Shown: positions 13,585 through 27,600 of the stretch, in pieces
Numbering within the stretch: the stretch's first letter is position 1
How the letters are laid out: each line of letters begins with the position of its first letter
DNA from: Auanema rhodensis
Lineage: Eukaryota > Animalia > Nematoda
Reading direction: 5' to 3'
Assembly (NCBI GenBank): GCA_964057225.1
Contig: OZ059897.1
Coordinates: 13,950,001 to 14,014,000 of the forward strand
DNA: 64,000 bases
Position numbers and translations under genes: made by a program
Notes under the pieces: generated by a model
Seen by the model: the letters and a program-made list of their open reading frames with translations, nothing else
Told to the model about the DNA's origin: nothing
Database searches by the model: none

Positions 13585-16500
13585 TTATGAGAAATATTTG
13601 AAGAATTTCTTAGTTGATGAACAACATGGACCAGACACTGAAAAAATAACAATTTTTTAGTTTTAATAATAAAATTTATGAAAATCACCTAATGAGTTCG
13701 CTATTTTATTTGATACAGAACCAGCATCAGCGTCTGATGTTACAACGTAAGATGAACTTGGTGGTACTAAACCAGATAATGATCCGTTTTCATCTAAAGA
13801 TACAGCTATGACTGTGTATCCAGCCTCTATCAAGTTTTGAGTTGGTGGATTAGGAACATATTTACTAAAATAAAAAATTAGTTTATAATTCTTAATATTC
13901 TTAATATTTGCCTTTGTCCCATAACTATAGCTGCCCTGGTACGATTCGAAGTTTTAGCCATGTTTATTGCGTATTCCATAGCCCTGAAAACATTATCAAC
14001 TTATAATTATTTAATCACGCATTGATAAAACATCGTTTTTTTCATGCATTGTTTTATTATTTTTTTAATATTCAATTCAACTTACGATGTCATATCCGGT
14101 TTGTCGCCATCTACCAGTGCTTGATTCGCTTGCAATGTAACGTTAAGTGCCAATGGGGTTCTGTATTTTTTTAAAGTTTCAAAATAGAGTAATGAAACAA
14201 AAACCTGATATTGTCCCAAGATAGAGGAACGGACGTATAAGCATCAGTGAAAATATATGGTAATAATATAATTCGAGTTGTTATGCCGTTGAACTGATAT
14301 AGTTTACTACTCAAAAGTTCCAAAACATATCTTATAGTTTTACCAGTATCCTAGATAATGATTGTTATACTCATGAACAAAATATAATTTCAAACCTGCC
14401 CACTTAACTGCTCGTAAATAACAGCTATATCACCTTCGAACTTACAGCCGTTAGGACAAATAGGAGCAGTTGTTGTTGATGTTGATACGGTTGGCGTTGA
14501 AGTGCATTCACACACCGGGCACAATGGGGTTGTAGTCGGGATTGCGGCCGTTGTGGTCGTCGAAGGAGTTGTGGTTGTTGAAGGAGTTGTGGTTGTAGAT
14601 GGGGTTGTGGTTGTTGAAGGAGTTGTGGTTGTAGATGGAGTTGTGGTTGTAGATGGGGTTGTGGTTGTAGATGGGGTTGTGGTCGTCGAAGGAGTTGTGG
14701 TTGTAGATGGGGTTGTGGTCGTCGAAGGAGTTGTGGTTGTAGATGGGGTTGTGGTTGTTGAAGGAGTTGTGGTTGTAGATGGAGTTGTGGTTGTAGATGG
14801 GGTTGTGGTTGTAGATGGGGTTGTGGTTGTAGATGGGGTTGTGGTCGTCGAAGGAGTTGTGGTCGTTGTGGTCGTCGAAGGAGTTGTGGTCGTTGTGGTC
14901 GTCGAAGGAGTTGTGGTCGTTGTGGTCGTCGAAGGAGTTGTGGTTGTAGATGGGGTTGTGGTCGTCGAAGGAGTTGTGGTTGTAGATGGGGTTGTGGTCG
15001 TCGAAGGAGTTGTGGTTGTCGAAGGAGTTGTGGTTGTAGATGGGGTCGTGGTCGTCGAAGGAGTTGTGGTCGTTGTGGTCGTCGTAGTAGTTGTGGTCGT
15101 CGAAGGAGTTGTGGTTGTAGATGGGGTTGTGGTCGTCGACGGAGTTGTTGTCGAAACAGATGAGGTTGAACAATATGTTTGCTTATTGCCTAAAACCAGC
15201 TCTATAGTTTTCATTCGGAAAATACCATAACTTACAGAATATATCAGCAATGGATACAGAAGTATTGAGAGGATCGTTTAGATATGAAAAGTTGTATTTG
15301 TCATTAGTAGCTAAAGGCTCAAATTTATCATTCATTGAAATAGTAACAACTTTGTATCCTATGTTTTGTAATGTGTGGCTCATTTCAATCGCTTGATTAA
15401 CTTGACTCGAGCTTTAAAATGGAAAATAAAACATAAATGCTTTGATATAACTTACTCATCTCCAATAATGATAACACCTTTATTTTTAGTTTCAGCTTGA
15501 TCCAATGAAAATATATAATCTAATCCGCTGAAATAATAAGTATTCACGCTGATCGATGTTAGTATAAACTTACTCAATGATACTCGGATTTGTGAATTTT
15601 TTTTTAGCCTGGAATAAATTATTTTTGACTCCAGTAATATTATATATATTCCTGAAGTTTTAAAAATTAGAAATATCATTCGTTTTAGAAAATTGTTACT
15701 GTATCAAATTATAATTGGGTTTTGGAATATATGCAGAGGGTTGCTCATAAGGAACCAACATAATGCGAGTAGTATGTCCGTCGACTTCATAGTTATTTCC
15801 TGGATAACGGAACAGAGTATCAATGAGTAGAGCTACTTTATTTAAGTACTAAACATGAAAAAAGTATTTTTATTTGATGAAATAAGCCAAACCTCGCTTG
15901 AAGAAGTACTTAACAGTTCGAATGTTACAGCGAAGTCTCCTTCACAACTTGTCCTTGTTGGGCAATCCGTAGTTGTAGTTGCTGTGGTTGTGGTTGTAGA
16001 CGGAGTTGTGGTCGTCGAAGGAGTTGTGGTTGTAGACGGGGTTGTGGTCGTCGAAGGAGTTGTGGTTGTAGACGGGGTTGTGGTCGTCGAAGGAGTTGTG
16101 GTCGTTGTGGTCGTCGAAGGAGTTGTGGTCGTTGTGGTCGTTGTGGTCGTTGTGGTCGTCGAAGGAGTAGTAGTTGTAGACGGGGTTGTGGTCGTCGAAG
16201 GAGTTGTGGTCGTTGTGGTCGTCGATGGAGTAGTAGTTGTAGACGGGGTTGTAGTCGTCGAAGGAGTTGTGGTCGTTGTGGTCGTCGAAGGAGTTGTGGT
16301 TGTAGATGGGGTTGTGGTTGTAGATGGGGTTGTGGTTGTAGATGGGGTTGTGGTCGTCGAAGGAGTTGTGGTTGTAGATGGGGTTGTGGTTGTAGATGGG
16401 GTTGTGGTTGTAGATGGGGTTGTGGTTGTAGATGGGGTTGTGGTCGTCGAAGGAGTTGTGGTTGTCGACGAAGTTGTGGTTGTAGATGGGGTTGTGGTCG

Positions 16501-17446
16501 TCGAAGGAGTTGTGGTTGTAGATGGGGTTGTGGTTGTAGATGGGGTTGTGGTTGTAGATGGGGTTGTGGTTGTAGATGGGGTTGTGGTCGTCGAAGGAGT
16601 TGTGGTTGTCGACGAAGTTGTGGTTGTAGATGGAGTTGTGGTCGTCGTAGGAGCTGTGGTTGTGCAGTCATCTGGTGTACAGAGTCCAGTAACATCGTCT
16701 AATAAGCATCATTGACATCAAAAAGTAATGTTAAACTAACCTGATACTGTTACTTCTGTTGTTACGTTTGAAGCCTTAAGTTGCTTCTCCACATTGGAAG
16801 AAACATCTTGAGGACCATTCGATGGAGGTCCAACTTGTGCTCCGAAAGCGAAAGCTATAACAGAACCATCAGCGCCTTGCCTATAACATTCAAATTATAA
16901 TAATTTATTATTTACATGTAAGAACTAACACAAATTTTGTAACATCAATAACCATATGTTGATTATTAGAAGGTTGAGCATCAAGTTGTGATGCTACAAA
17001 AGCCAAAGCTTTTGAAGTTGTCACAGGTATAAGTGATTGTTCTAACTAAGTTACAAAAACTATATTATAAAACTATAAAAATTGTTCTATAAGATACCAA
17101 TTTGGAAACAATTTGAGATTGTTTTGCAAATTCTGGACTCGAAGTATTAGCTAATGCTGGTGACCAGGTTAATATATTTGCACTTATTCCAGCTTGTAAG
17201 TTAAATAATTCTGCTGAGCAATCATTTGTACCAGTATTTGGGCATGAGCCTAAAAACTATGTAAAAGTGTGAAAATAAATTTTTGTTAATTGATGAAAAA
17301 GAAATATCATAGTCATACTAAAAATTGTAAAATTATTATAATCTACCTTTAGAAGTACCAAATACAATAGCTAGCACAATACCAGTAACACCTAAAGCTA
17401 CTCCAATAAGGAATACGGCTAATGATAGCGGATGAACGCGAGGCAT
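13585..17446 (-). CDS. Membrane-anchored mucin-like glycoprotein: N-terminal hydrophobic anchor, SEA-like domain, two [PSTTTT array + VWA-like domain] modules
   Basis: Start MPRVHPLSLAVFLIGVALGVTGIVLAIVFG; SEA-like segment LANTSSPEFAKQSQIV. Two Thr/Ser/Pro arrays are each followed by homologous Cys-flanked domains (CEGDFAVTFE..TTRIMLVPY versus CKFEGDIAVIYE..TTRIILPY). Last exon ends ...KYFS*. Domain names are inferred. Confidence 0.8.
14550..15150 (-). repeat. Coding 18-bp tandem repeat (PSTTTT)n, array 2
   Basis: Alternating units CCATCTACAACCACAAC(C/T) and CCTTCGACGACCACAAC(C/T), with 9-bp insertions. Confidence 0.95.
15970..16665 (-). repeat. Coding 18-bp tandem repeat (PSTTTT)n, array 1
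   Basis: Same DNA unit variants as array 2. Confidence 0.95.
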
Positions 17447-18011
17447 TACACCCTAGAAAAGATTTGAAATTCAAATTGTTCAAAAATAATGAGCAAACGT
17501 TTTGTATTTGATGTTAGTAATCAGCTTTCATGTACTAAATTTTCCAATATCTTATCTATATTACATCTAATCAGCAATAAGCACTTAATTGGGCTGTCCA
17601 AACGGCGTCATTTCAAGTTGAATTTTTATAATTTTTATCAGATTTAGTATTAAATCTTCTTTTCTCTTACATTTCGCATATTATAATCGCATTTAGTGTT
17701 CAATATTTCAGAAACTGCCTGATAGAAGTGAGAAATTTCATATCACAATTTTTAGTAATTAAACCAGCTAAAAATCTGTATAGTTTTTAGTTTTATCATT
17801 TGTAATTCTACATTAATGTGAAATAATGTTGATAAAGAAGATTGTAACTAAAACTTTTTGTATGAATCATTGTCAATTGAATAATTTTAATATATAAATA
17901 ATAATAAACAATAATATATACGAATATATATTTTATTTCAACATTCGTAAATTATAAATACAAGTCAGTATTATTATATATACTTATTATTATGCAAATT
18001 TATAATATGCT

Positions 18012-20719
18012 TTAACAAAGGCCGCAACTTCGAGCACAATTTTTCCTTCTTATTTCGTCATTGTAGAAAGGATCAGTGCACAAACCATTTTTCACATAAT
18101 TAGGGCAGCTAAAATAAATTTTCATATTATTTATTAATATTAAATAATATACTCTATAACTATTTCTACTATTCAACCTATTATATAATTTATGTATACC
18201 TACTATGAATATACTAAAAGAAAGAAGAAACAGTTGTTTTATACGGTATTTACATCTAGCATTTAAGACAAGTTGCTGAGCATTTTGAAGAAAACCAAGT
18301 TTTGTCACAATGTTTTTTGAATAATGAACAACTGGAAGTAATTCGGTTTCTCGAATGAATTTAAATATACTAATTATCTTTCTATAAACTATATTATCTA
18401 CGCCTACATACTAATTACCTATTTCTTATCAATATATTACCCTATTAATATTTATTTAATGACTTACTAGGCAGCATTATCTTTACAGCTGTCGGATGAT
18501 GCTCCTGGTGTTGGTGAAGAGCTTTTGACTGAAAGTTTTATAAAGATTTGCAACCTTTGGAAGTATACCTGCACGGTATTCCACTTGTCCTTGAGTTTTA
18601 CCATAACGATCATAAAAGATCACGGGAACAAGATTGGAAGTTGAAGTGAAGACTCTACCCTTGTCAACATTTGAGCAGAATCTGTAATGAACATAATCCG
18701 ATAAGAGCATTATTTATTTTGATTTTTTAAAATTATTCTTGAAAATTACATTACCTGTATCCAGTTAAAGCAGGGTCGGCTAATGTTTTTATTTCAATTC
18801 CACCATATACACATCCATCGGTAAAAACACCGGCATAACCATTAAATTTGATTTCTATTTTCTGACCAGGTTCAGTCTGAACATGATATCATGATATGAA
18901 AGCATTTTATTGTTTCTACCTTGATCCAATACGTACAATAACTGAAATCATTTACTGTTTTTCCATTTCCTAATGCCATATCCAATCTTTTCCAAGAATC
19001 TGTGGCTGATAATTCGGATCCACATCCTGATGGCTAAAGCATTGTAAATGTACTGATTATTTAGATCACAAATTTTTGAGAAGCAAATTCTTGTAGTTCA
19101 ACTTACTCTAGCGTTACATAAGTTTCCACTATATCCTGCAGGACATACACACACATTACACCTCTTTGGATTTGGAAAACCACCATTTGCACATTTTGCT
19201 GATGTTTGTTCTGGGCATTTGGCTGCAAATAAAGAGAATTGAAACTTTTAGGATGTTTCAATTGTTTTTTTTTAATCATAAATATTGTTGCACAAATGTC
19301 ACCTTTGCAATTATAATGTCTATTAATCATATCCGTATCATAGAAGCCAATAATATGTGAACCCATTGTATCTTGGAACTTTATATCTTTAGCAATCATT
19401 GTAGGATTACGATTAGATGAAGCACTAAACTGATTAGCATCATAACATTGTTCATTAATTGAATTAATTCTACCTTTTGCCACCATATTGCATAACACTT
19501 CCATAGTCGTATGGTAATCCGTAGTTGAAGTTCGTACTTTGAGTTTCCTTTTGGAATTGACTGACCATGTGTGGCTAAAATACTTAAGTTATGTCTATTA
19601 CTTATAGTTGAGATAGTACTTGTATATTGTTTATATTTACAGTAATGTATTCGTCACGATCATGGCGTGATTGCTGATGGAAAAACCCAAGGGCGTGACC
19701 AATTTCATGTCCAGCTATTCCAACCTAAATGAATTCGATAAGGTGGACGGTTTTTATGTTAACAATACAGTATCACAGCCGGCGCCTAGTGATAACTCTT
19801 GAACACCTCCAATCATTCCGATATATGAATAACAACCTTCCCCTCTGAATACTTTTATTCTATTTGCAGCTGAAATAAAAGAGTTTTAACAATTCATTTT
19901 CTATTATAACCTGTTGCGGTCTGAACAAATGTAAGACATGTAGCGCTAGACCAAATAGAAGCAGCCTTTTGGAAAACTGTTCGCATATTTTCAGCTGAAA
20001 TCTCAGATGCTTTTGATTTTGATTAAAACACATACTGCAAGAACTATCAAACTCATAGTTTACTATATTGTCTTTCCAGAGAAAACGTGGGTAGAATCTA
20101 GAAGATGGGGTTTATTGAAAATTGAGCAAATTGAATGAAAAAAAGCGTTCTTTACCTGTCACGATAAGCTTGTCTTTTGGTTCGAGAATCTGCTGTTTCG
20201 TTTACTTCAGGCATTAAAGCTTCAACTTGTTCACTTAAATTCAAAATAAAATATATGAAATAAAAAATATTTAACTTACTCAGTCAACATAATATCATTT
20301 TGATATAAAAATTCATCAACTTGGGCATTGATGTTAAGATCTTGAATAGTATCACCATTCTTATTAACAGTCTCAATTGGTTTTACACGATAATCCTATA
20401 AAACAGAAATTGATCTTTCAATCAAAAAATTATTTGATATTACTTTCAATTTTTCAATCATTTCCTTGTTTGCTTTATCAGTGACAGTGAGCTTGTTAAT
20501 AACTCTCTGTTTGAGCTTTTCTAATTTATCTTCAACGTTTGTTATATTATGATTAAATTTCTAAATTAACATGTGAATATTCAAAACAAAACAATATATA
20601 TGTATTACCTTTGAAAATGAATCACGTCTATGCATTTTTTCTAAATCAGAGAAGAACCTGAAGGGATTGAAGGCGCCAGTAAGACACACGAGGCATAGAA
20701 AGCCGAATACGAGTCTCAT
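18012..20719 (-). CDS. Astacin (M12A) zinc metalloprotease with prodomain, EGF, CUB and ShK domains (NAS-31-like)
   Basis: Signal peptide [16 protein letters not shown]; RTKR/QAYRD activation site; [19 protein letters not shown] zinc motif; YGSVMQY Met-turn; [15 protein letters not shown]; CUB; C-terminal CARSCGLC* ShK. Confidence 0.93.
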
Positions 20720-21482
20720 AGCTTAAAACTATATAGATAACAAAATTTATAAAAATTAACAAAATACTAATCTAAACTATTACAAGATAGCTTATGTTTT
20801 CAGAAAGCCTTTATATAAGTACCATGTTTAATCAGCTGAAAAAAAAACTATTAATGATATCATTCATTGTTCAATTTTAGACAAATGACCCTGTTTGGCC
20901 CTCTCGAATTAGTGTCAACCACCCTCATTTATGTTTTCTCAGTCTTCTTTACTCTTGTTCATCATCCTCCCCCTACGCAAATCATTTATTATTATTTCTA
21001 TCTATCTCATGATTACAATACTCTATTTACAAGTAATTGCTTTAGGCTATCGCTATTACATTCAAAAAAATTCATAGAGAATAGTAAACACACAAAGACA
21101 GAAGTTAATGTAGTATTTATTCTTTCATCAAACATCATTAAATTTTTTTTAATCAAACAAAATAGTTTTTAACTTCTTGAGAAACAGAATAGTTTTAAAC
21201 TTCTTTAAGTTATTTTTTCTATTTTGTATTGGCTATTGATATATTCATGTATGTATGTATGTATATATAGGTATTCATACACATATGGTATATGTACATT
21301 CGTTTATTATATTAAAAACATTGCATAGGTAATGTTTATTTATCTCATCACTTTTCAATATTTTTAAAATTAAAAACATTAAACAGAACAAATGAACATA
21401 AACGACGAAAATTGTCTTCAAACGAATCCATCTAATTAGCATATCAACTAAGATTTCAACGCATTTCCATTTATTTTCGATA

Positions 21483-22480
21483 ATGAAGCGGTTACTTTTT
21501 TCAATTTTATGTTTTGTCTCTGTAAGTGATACATAAGCAAAAAATAAAATAAATATTTATATTTTATTTTTTATCTCATGATTATTGAAATTTTTCAGAT
21601 AAATACTGTTTTTTTAAAAGCTGTCTCTAGAAGATCTGTTTCCAGTGATAATCATATTGCTTCATCTTCATATTATTCTTCAGACAATTATACATATGTT
21701 TATATAGATATACCTGATATAACTGAAAGGTTATTTAGATATTTAATATAATCACTTAAATATTTTAGTAGAAATTATGGTTGGGGATTGATAGGATCAT
21801 TAGGAGTTTTTCTTTTAATATGTATTGCAGCTTGCATCATAACAACTACTATTCAATCACAATGTAAGTTCAAATGTCTCATTGTTTTTCACCATCTGGC
21901 TTCTAATATATTCATTTTGATATCGTTTTCAGCAAAAAATAGAGATGTTATTGCAGAGGTAATAAGATTTTAACCTGTGTTTATTTATGCCTTGCTTATA
22001 CCAATAATTACAAGGAAGGTGCTGAAGTTGTGGAAACTCATCCAAAAGACTTGGCTAAATATAAACCAAAAGGGCCCCTAACTGTTACTGGTCTTGGTAA
22101 CACTATGGTAATGTTTAATTTATCTGAAAAGTTCTTCAGGCGCTTTTGAACCTGGTGCCACCAAATGAAGCTTTCCGTAATTCTAATACTATAGTCTCAC
22201 CATGGAACTCGCCTAGATGGTGGCACTTGGTACGCAGGCGTTTTTATTTATTTCAACAACTTGTTCAAAAATATTCCTTTTCAAAGTAATTTTTAAAATT
22301 TTAAGTTCACATGTTTAGGCACATCAGCTTGATAACGATAAATCACAATCTCTGCGCCGTATTGAGTTTGATCCTGAGCAAATAGAGCTGTTTGACATCG
22401 GAACACTGGTGGAAAATATTGTTGAAAAGGTAAAATTTATAGATATAATGAAAAAAGCTTTATCCACTATTCAGCCTTGA
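21483..22480 (+). CDS. Small signal-peptide, single-pass membrane protein of unknown function, 8 exons
   Basis: MKRLLFSILCFVS...; TM segment GWGLIGSLGVFLLICIAACIITT; downstream exons (EGAEVVETHPKDL..., ALLNLVPPNEAF...SPRWWHL, AHQLDND...IVEK, P*) join in frame through GT-AG introns. Confidence 0.75.
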
Positions 22481-23760
22481 ACAAATCTGTAAAAATAATG
22501 TTTGCCATAAGGTTCCTAAATAATTTTTATTATTACTTAGTTTCTGTTTCATTGGCTTTCTCACCATTTCAGTAATAACTAGAACTTTATACAATATCAA
22601 TAGTTAGCATTATCATTTACTACAATGATAGAATACTGCAAATCCGAAGTAATAAAAAAGAGATATTACTATATATGTATATATAATATATACTATATAT
22701 ATATATTTATATTTATATGTACATGCTTGTACATGAGATTGAAAAAAATGACAAACAATTTGGAAAGCTCGTTAAAAATAAATAAGATGATTTTGTTTTT
22801 CTATGTTAAATTATAGCTAATTATTATTATAAACATAATGAAGCACCACTTTTCCCTGTTCTTGTAAAATATTTTCTTATGTGCTTTACAATTTCCAAAA
22901 AAATGTTATAAGTTTATTGAAAAATTAAAAATATTCTAATTTAAAATATATGATCTTTTTTTTTCTCATCTGATTTGTTCAGAGAAAATGAATGGGAAAA
23001 TACCTTCAAAGTTTCAATTAAAATTACTAATGAAAGTTAAATGAATTTCATGAAGAAGTGAAGGCTCAACGATCACATCTATAAAATTCCACCGCTGATG
23101 TCTCCAAAGTTAAAGTTTTTACCCGCATCTGTATACATTCACAACAATTTATATATATACATATATGCATATGTATAATAGTTGCAGAAGAAAATTGTTT
23201 TCGAATTTATTTTTGAAAGTAATAATTTGTTTTCGTTATATAGTGTTCATTTGCCTAGCACCGTATAAGGTTGGTCTCACTAACTATAAAGAGGAAAACT
23301 TGGAATCTATAACTAAAAATAGCCTCAAGCATTCTAATTAGGTAAGCTATTTCTCAGATTTCGTCTGTGGCAAGCAGAATATACGAAAACTAGTATTCAA
23401 GAGACAAGCTTCACTGCTTGTCGTATGTTGTCAGCTAAAACGACAGGTCGGAGACATTGATGCAGCCATGTTGGATGCTTCTGAAGCTTGTACAAGTTCT
23501 TGATTTGCTTCATATTGCATATGTCGTCATGATTCTCTGACAGCAAGCATGGAAACACACATCAACCGCAGTCGTTATAGCAGAAATATGGCTTGAATTT
23601 CTTGTTATCACGTGTACATGAGTCAGTTTGTTCTTCTACTTGTTATCATCGTCATTATCGATATCGTCATCATTATTATCGTCGGTGGTTACTCCCGTCC
23701 GGAAGGGTACAGTCATATCTATAATAACAGATTGATAAAATTCGATCCGTAGGAAACTTT

Positions 23761-24614
23761 CTACCACTTCTTGTTTTCTCTTTCATCTTTGTCCGTTTCT
23801 TCACTTTCTTCACATAATTCGCTCAATTGAGAATCATTTTCACTGAAAAGAGAAGAAACTGATTATCAATAAGTTTAACGAGAGCGATTGAAATCGGATT
23901 TGGTTAACCTCATGACACGAAGATATAATTGAGAGAAGAAGATCAGAAAGGAAAACGTGCATGATGCCTGTTGACTCAATTGCTAAGGCGTCCGTCTTAA
24001 AATTCTGTCACCGATTCTTTGTCTCGTTATTTTCCCCCAAATTAGCTCAAATTCAAAATATCACTTTATATATATATGTGTGTATATATACTTTATTATA
24101 TAGTTATAATTCATCTATGATTTTATATAAATTCTTTGAACAAAACAAGGAAAGACAATTGAAATGTTTGTTTGATAATGAAAAACCTTAGCAACTTGTG
24201 TCACCATCTTGTTTTTGAAAAAAAATTGAACACAAACTTTCCTTTTGACTTATTGTTTTTGTTTCTAACAACAACTCGAAACATCAGCAATTTAAGAACA
24301 GATCTGTCAACTACTATTTCTAGTTTTCATTTAAAAGTTTCTGTCGCAATCAAAGTAAAGTCAGTTGTAGAGCAGTTACCATCAAGTTTTTAGAAAATAG
24401 TTTTCTAATTTGAATTGAATTAAAAGTAAAAAATGAGATTATTCTCAAAAGATAATATTAGAAAAATTGTTTCCCTTGAATGAAGTATTAAGCAAAAATT
24501 TTGGAGAAAACGTTTATTTTCCAATACTTTTCCTCCTTAATGAAATTAACGTTACGGCTTCTTTGTTTTGCTATTCAGATTCTGATCATTAGATGAATAT
24601 TCAATTTTCAACAT
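23761..24614 (-). CDS. Possible tiny acidic protein (~46 aa, 2 exons) or spliced non-coding transcript
   Basis: Exons 24614-24556 and 23842-23761 join in phase 2 (MLKIEYSSNDQNLNSKTKKP-ENDSQLSELCEESEETDKDERENKKW*). TTCAG acceptors are present. No recognised homology. Confidence 0.35.
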
Positions 24615-27600
24615 TTTGCCTTTGAGTTCTCTGAATTTTTCAAATATGAAGCAATGTGGCTAGAAAATGATTCAAATTTAAATTGTTCTTCTTCGAATCT
24701 AGGAATTGTTCCAATCAAATTGTGAACTCTTGAAAAGTGCTTAAGCATCCGTGTGTAGGCGTGTATCATTTTCTAAACATGGAAACTTACATCATACAAT
24801 CGATTCTTGACACCAAATAAAGAGAGAAGGGAAGAGGTAATGATAGGGTGACAAAAGAAAAGAGAAAAACTGTCAAGAGAACGAGAGTACCAAGGCGAGA
24901 AGGAGAGAGAGAGAAAGAAATTAAATGTTGAAAGAGATAGTGAGAAATAGAAGTGTCTCCACGGCTCCAGCTGTCAGAAGCAGTTCAGTGTCAGACAGAA
25001 GCAACACAGTGACGACGGCGGTTCTGCTGTCAACGATAACAGTTCCTGTTGTTCTCAGGAATGCTGAAAAGTTTCGCAGCTTCGAGAACTTTTCTTGAAA
25101 TTTACTTTCAACATTGACCTTTAATACAACAATGGTATGCCATTTCAAAATAAATTCATTTAGATATTTCCTAAAATAGTTTATATTTTTTTGCTGGCTA
25201 ATATTACAAAAGCTATTACATTCCATTTCTCTATTCCATCTCAGCATTTCTATATGTTACGTTGCCTGTCTTTCGTCTACAATCATTACGATAAACATTT
25301 ATTGAAGTTACTGTGCTATGCTTTGTATCAAAGTGACAATCTAGAGAAGAGAATAAGTCAATAAAAAAAAAAGTCATGAGAGACAGTTTCTAAAATTTGG
25401 GTATATTACAATAGATGAAGCGGTCTCAATCCCTTTTTTTTTCGATTGAACCTTTACTATGATACGACCTTCTTACCTTTTTCTACCATACCCCTGTGTC
25501 ATTTTTCTTTTTATGAAATATGTATGCATGCATATGTATATACTCATGTATGTAAACACTAATTTGTATATATACAGATTTTTTTTTCCATTAGGGAGGA
25601 AAAGTGAGTATTCTATTGAGGAGAAAGGAACACAAACCAATATACAGGAGCGCAAGACAAAATACCAAAAAAAAAGAAGAAGAATAAGAAGAAGAATTTA
25701 TTATATATGGGTTTGTATTGCCTCTTTTCATTTTGGCTCTATTCGACTACCCGCTCTGTCTGTTCTACTGTGTGTCTCTTATCCCACTGTCTGGCAGTCT
25801 CACATTTGTTCCATATCTATTCCTCTTCAACTATTTCTTTCGTTCTCTTTCCTTTGTAGTCAATTCTATATACTATCGTTCTCAGTCCTGTATCTTAAAT
25901 GATGATGTATGAATTGCTATGTTCGTCGTGTGCTCTCCTGTTTTATTACACAGTCTCTGTATAACATTTCTCGTCTTTCGTATGAAATATGTGTCAGACA
26001 GCCTACGTAAGTATATTCTCTTTTGGCGTATATTTTCTTATATGGATATATACATATTCAGAAACTATATGCATATCAATCGTTGCATTTCTCAATTTCG
26101 GCTTTATTTCGTTTTTTTTCCGTTTTCACATATATTTCGTTTCATTTGCATTCTCCTTTTCATCAATTGATTCTGTTACATTTTATTTCATTTTTATAGT
26201 ATTTCTACTATTCTTCCTACTTCCATCTACATCAAATGTTATCAAAAAAAGCTTTGTACTCATTTTATTCTAAATGGCATAAGCACATATGACGTCAAAA
26301 TTATGACAGTTCTATTCATCGACAACCATCTATAACATGAACAATTATTACCGTTTAAGGCTTACATGCATCCAAAGAATCATTATCTTCATCCTTCCTG
26401 GTCTTCAAATGTAAATACCTCTTTCTCCAAAAAAAACAGCACAATAATTAGCTTGAAAACGAGTTTTTCTTTTTCTACTCCATCTAACTAATAACTATCC
26501 TCACACCTTTATAAAGTGGCTCAACAACCATAGATCTGGAAAACCTGCAACCCTATTAGAGAAAAACCTTCAAAGTAAGCAAACACTTCACTTCATCGCC
26601 AATTGCCAGTATTTTGAACAACTTTAGAAAAAAATTATTTTATTCCTAGTTCAAAGCTTAGTTTCTCTTTCCCACCTCGTTTTTTGGCCATTAATTGCCT
26701 AGTCATGACTTTGATTTTGTCTAAAAAACGAGGTAGGGATAATAGCAAAACCAACTTACCTTGATTTTCTTCAAATCGTTTTTTTCTTTTTAATCACATT
26801 TTTTATATCTCTTTACTCTCAATAAGATTTCTTTAATTCAATCTCATTTACTAAATTTATCTATTTAATAGCTTAAATCAATTATAAAGCAATCCTTCTT
26901 CAAATCATTGAGATGTTTTTCATCAGTTTTTTTTATTTCCAATTACTCGATCATCATTCAAGAATGCTAAGTTAATGCTCATGTGAATTGGTTATAAATT
27001 AATTTTAACTGTACGCCCACCATTATCGTGTTTTCCTTTTTCCACCAATTGTGTTATACAATTAGACGAATTTCAATAGCTCCTTCTTCATAATCCGGAT
27101 TTCAATTCATTTCTTTATATACTGACAGACAGAACGGTTGTCTTTCGCTCCGGCGTCATTTTCCGACGTCATCGTGATCATCATTCATCTCATGATATTC
27201 AGATGTGCACGGCAATAAATCCGTCCTTCCAAAGCCATTTGACCTTCTTGGAACAAAGATTTCACTTTTGAATTCATTTTTGGAATATATAAGTATAACT
27301 TCTATTTACTTTGGGGCTTTACAATTTTTCTTTTAAAGTCATATTTTTCATTCATTTTATGAAAAAAAAATTCGATTTGTTTTCACATATTTTGAATGAT
27401 TTTAAACATAATTCTATATTTTTAAATATAATTCTAGGTTTACAAACAAATAAATACTTATTCTCTTTTTTTTCTAATTTTCTATGTTTTATGAACAGAT
27501 AATTTTATTTTTTAATCATCTTTTCATTTGTCATTCATTCATATTACCATCCAACACATGTTTCGTTTTATTACGAACTTTTTTAATCTTTCTGAACACT

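Noticed and set aside
14550-16665. CRISPR-like array
   Set aside because: No unique spacers; these are coding tandem repeats in a eukaryotic gene.
14502-16715. Long Val/Gly-rich (+) ORFs and HNP/PQ-repeat (-) ORFs
   Set aside because: Antisense and alternate-frame shadows of the PSTTTT coding repeat.
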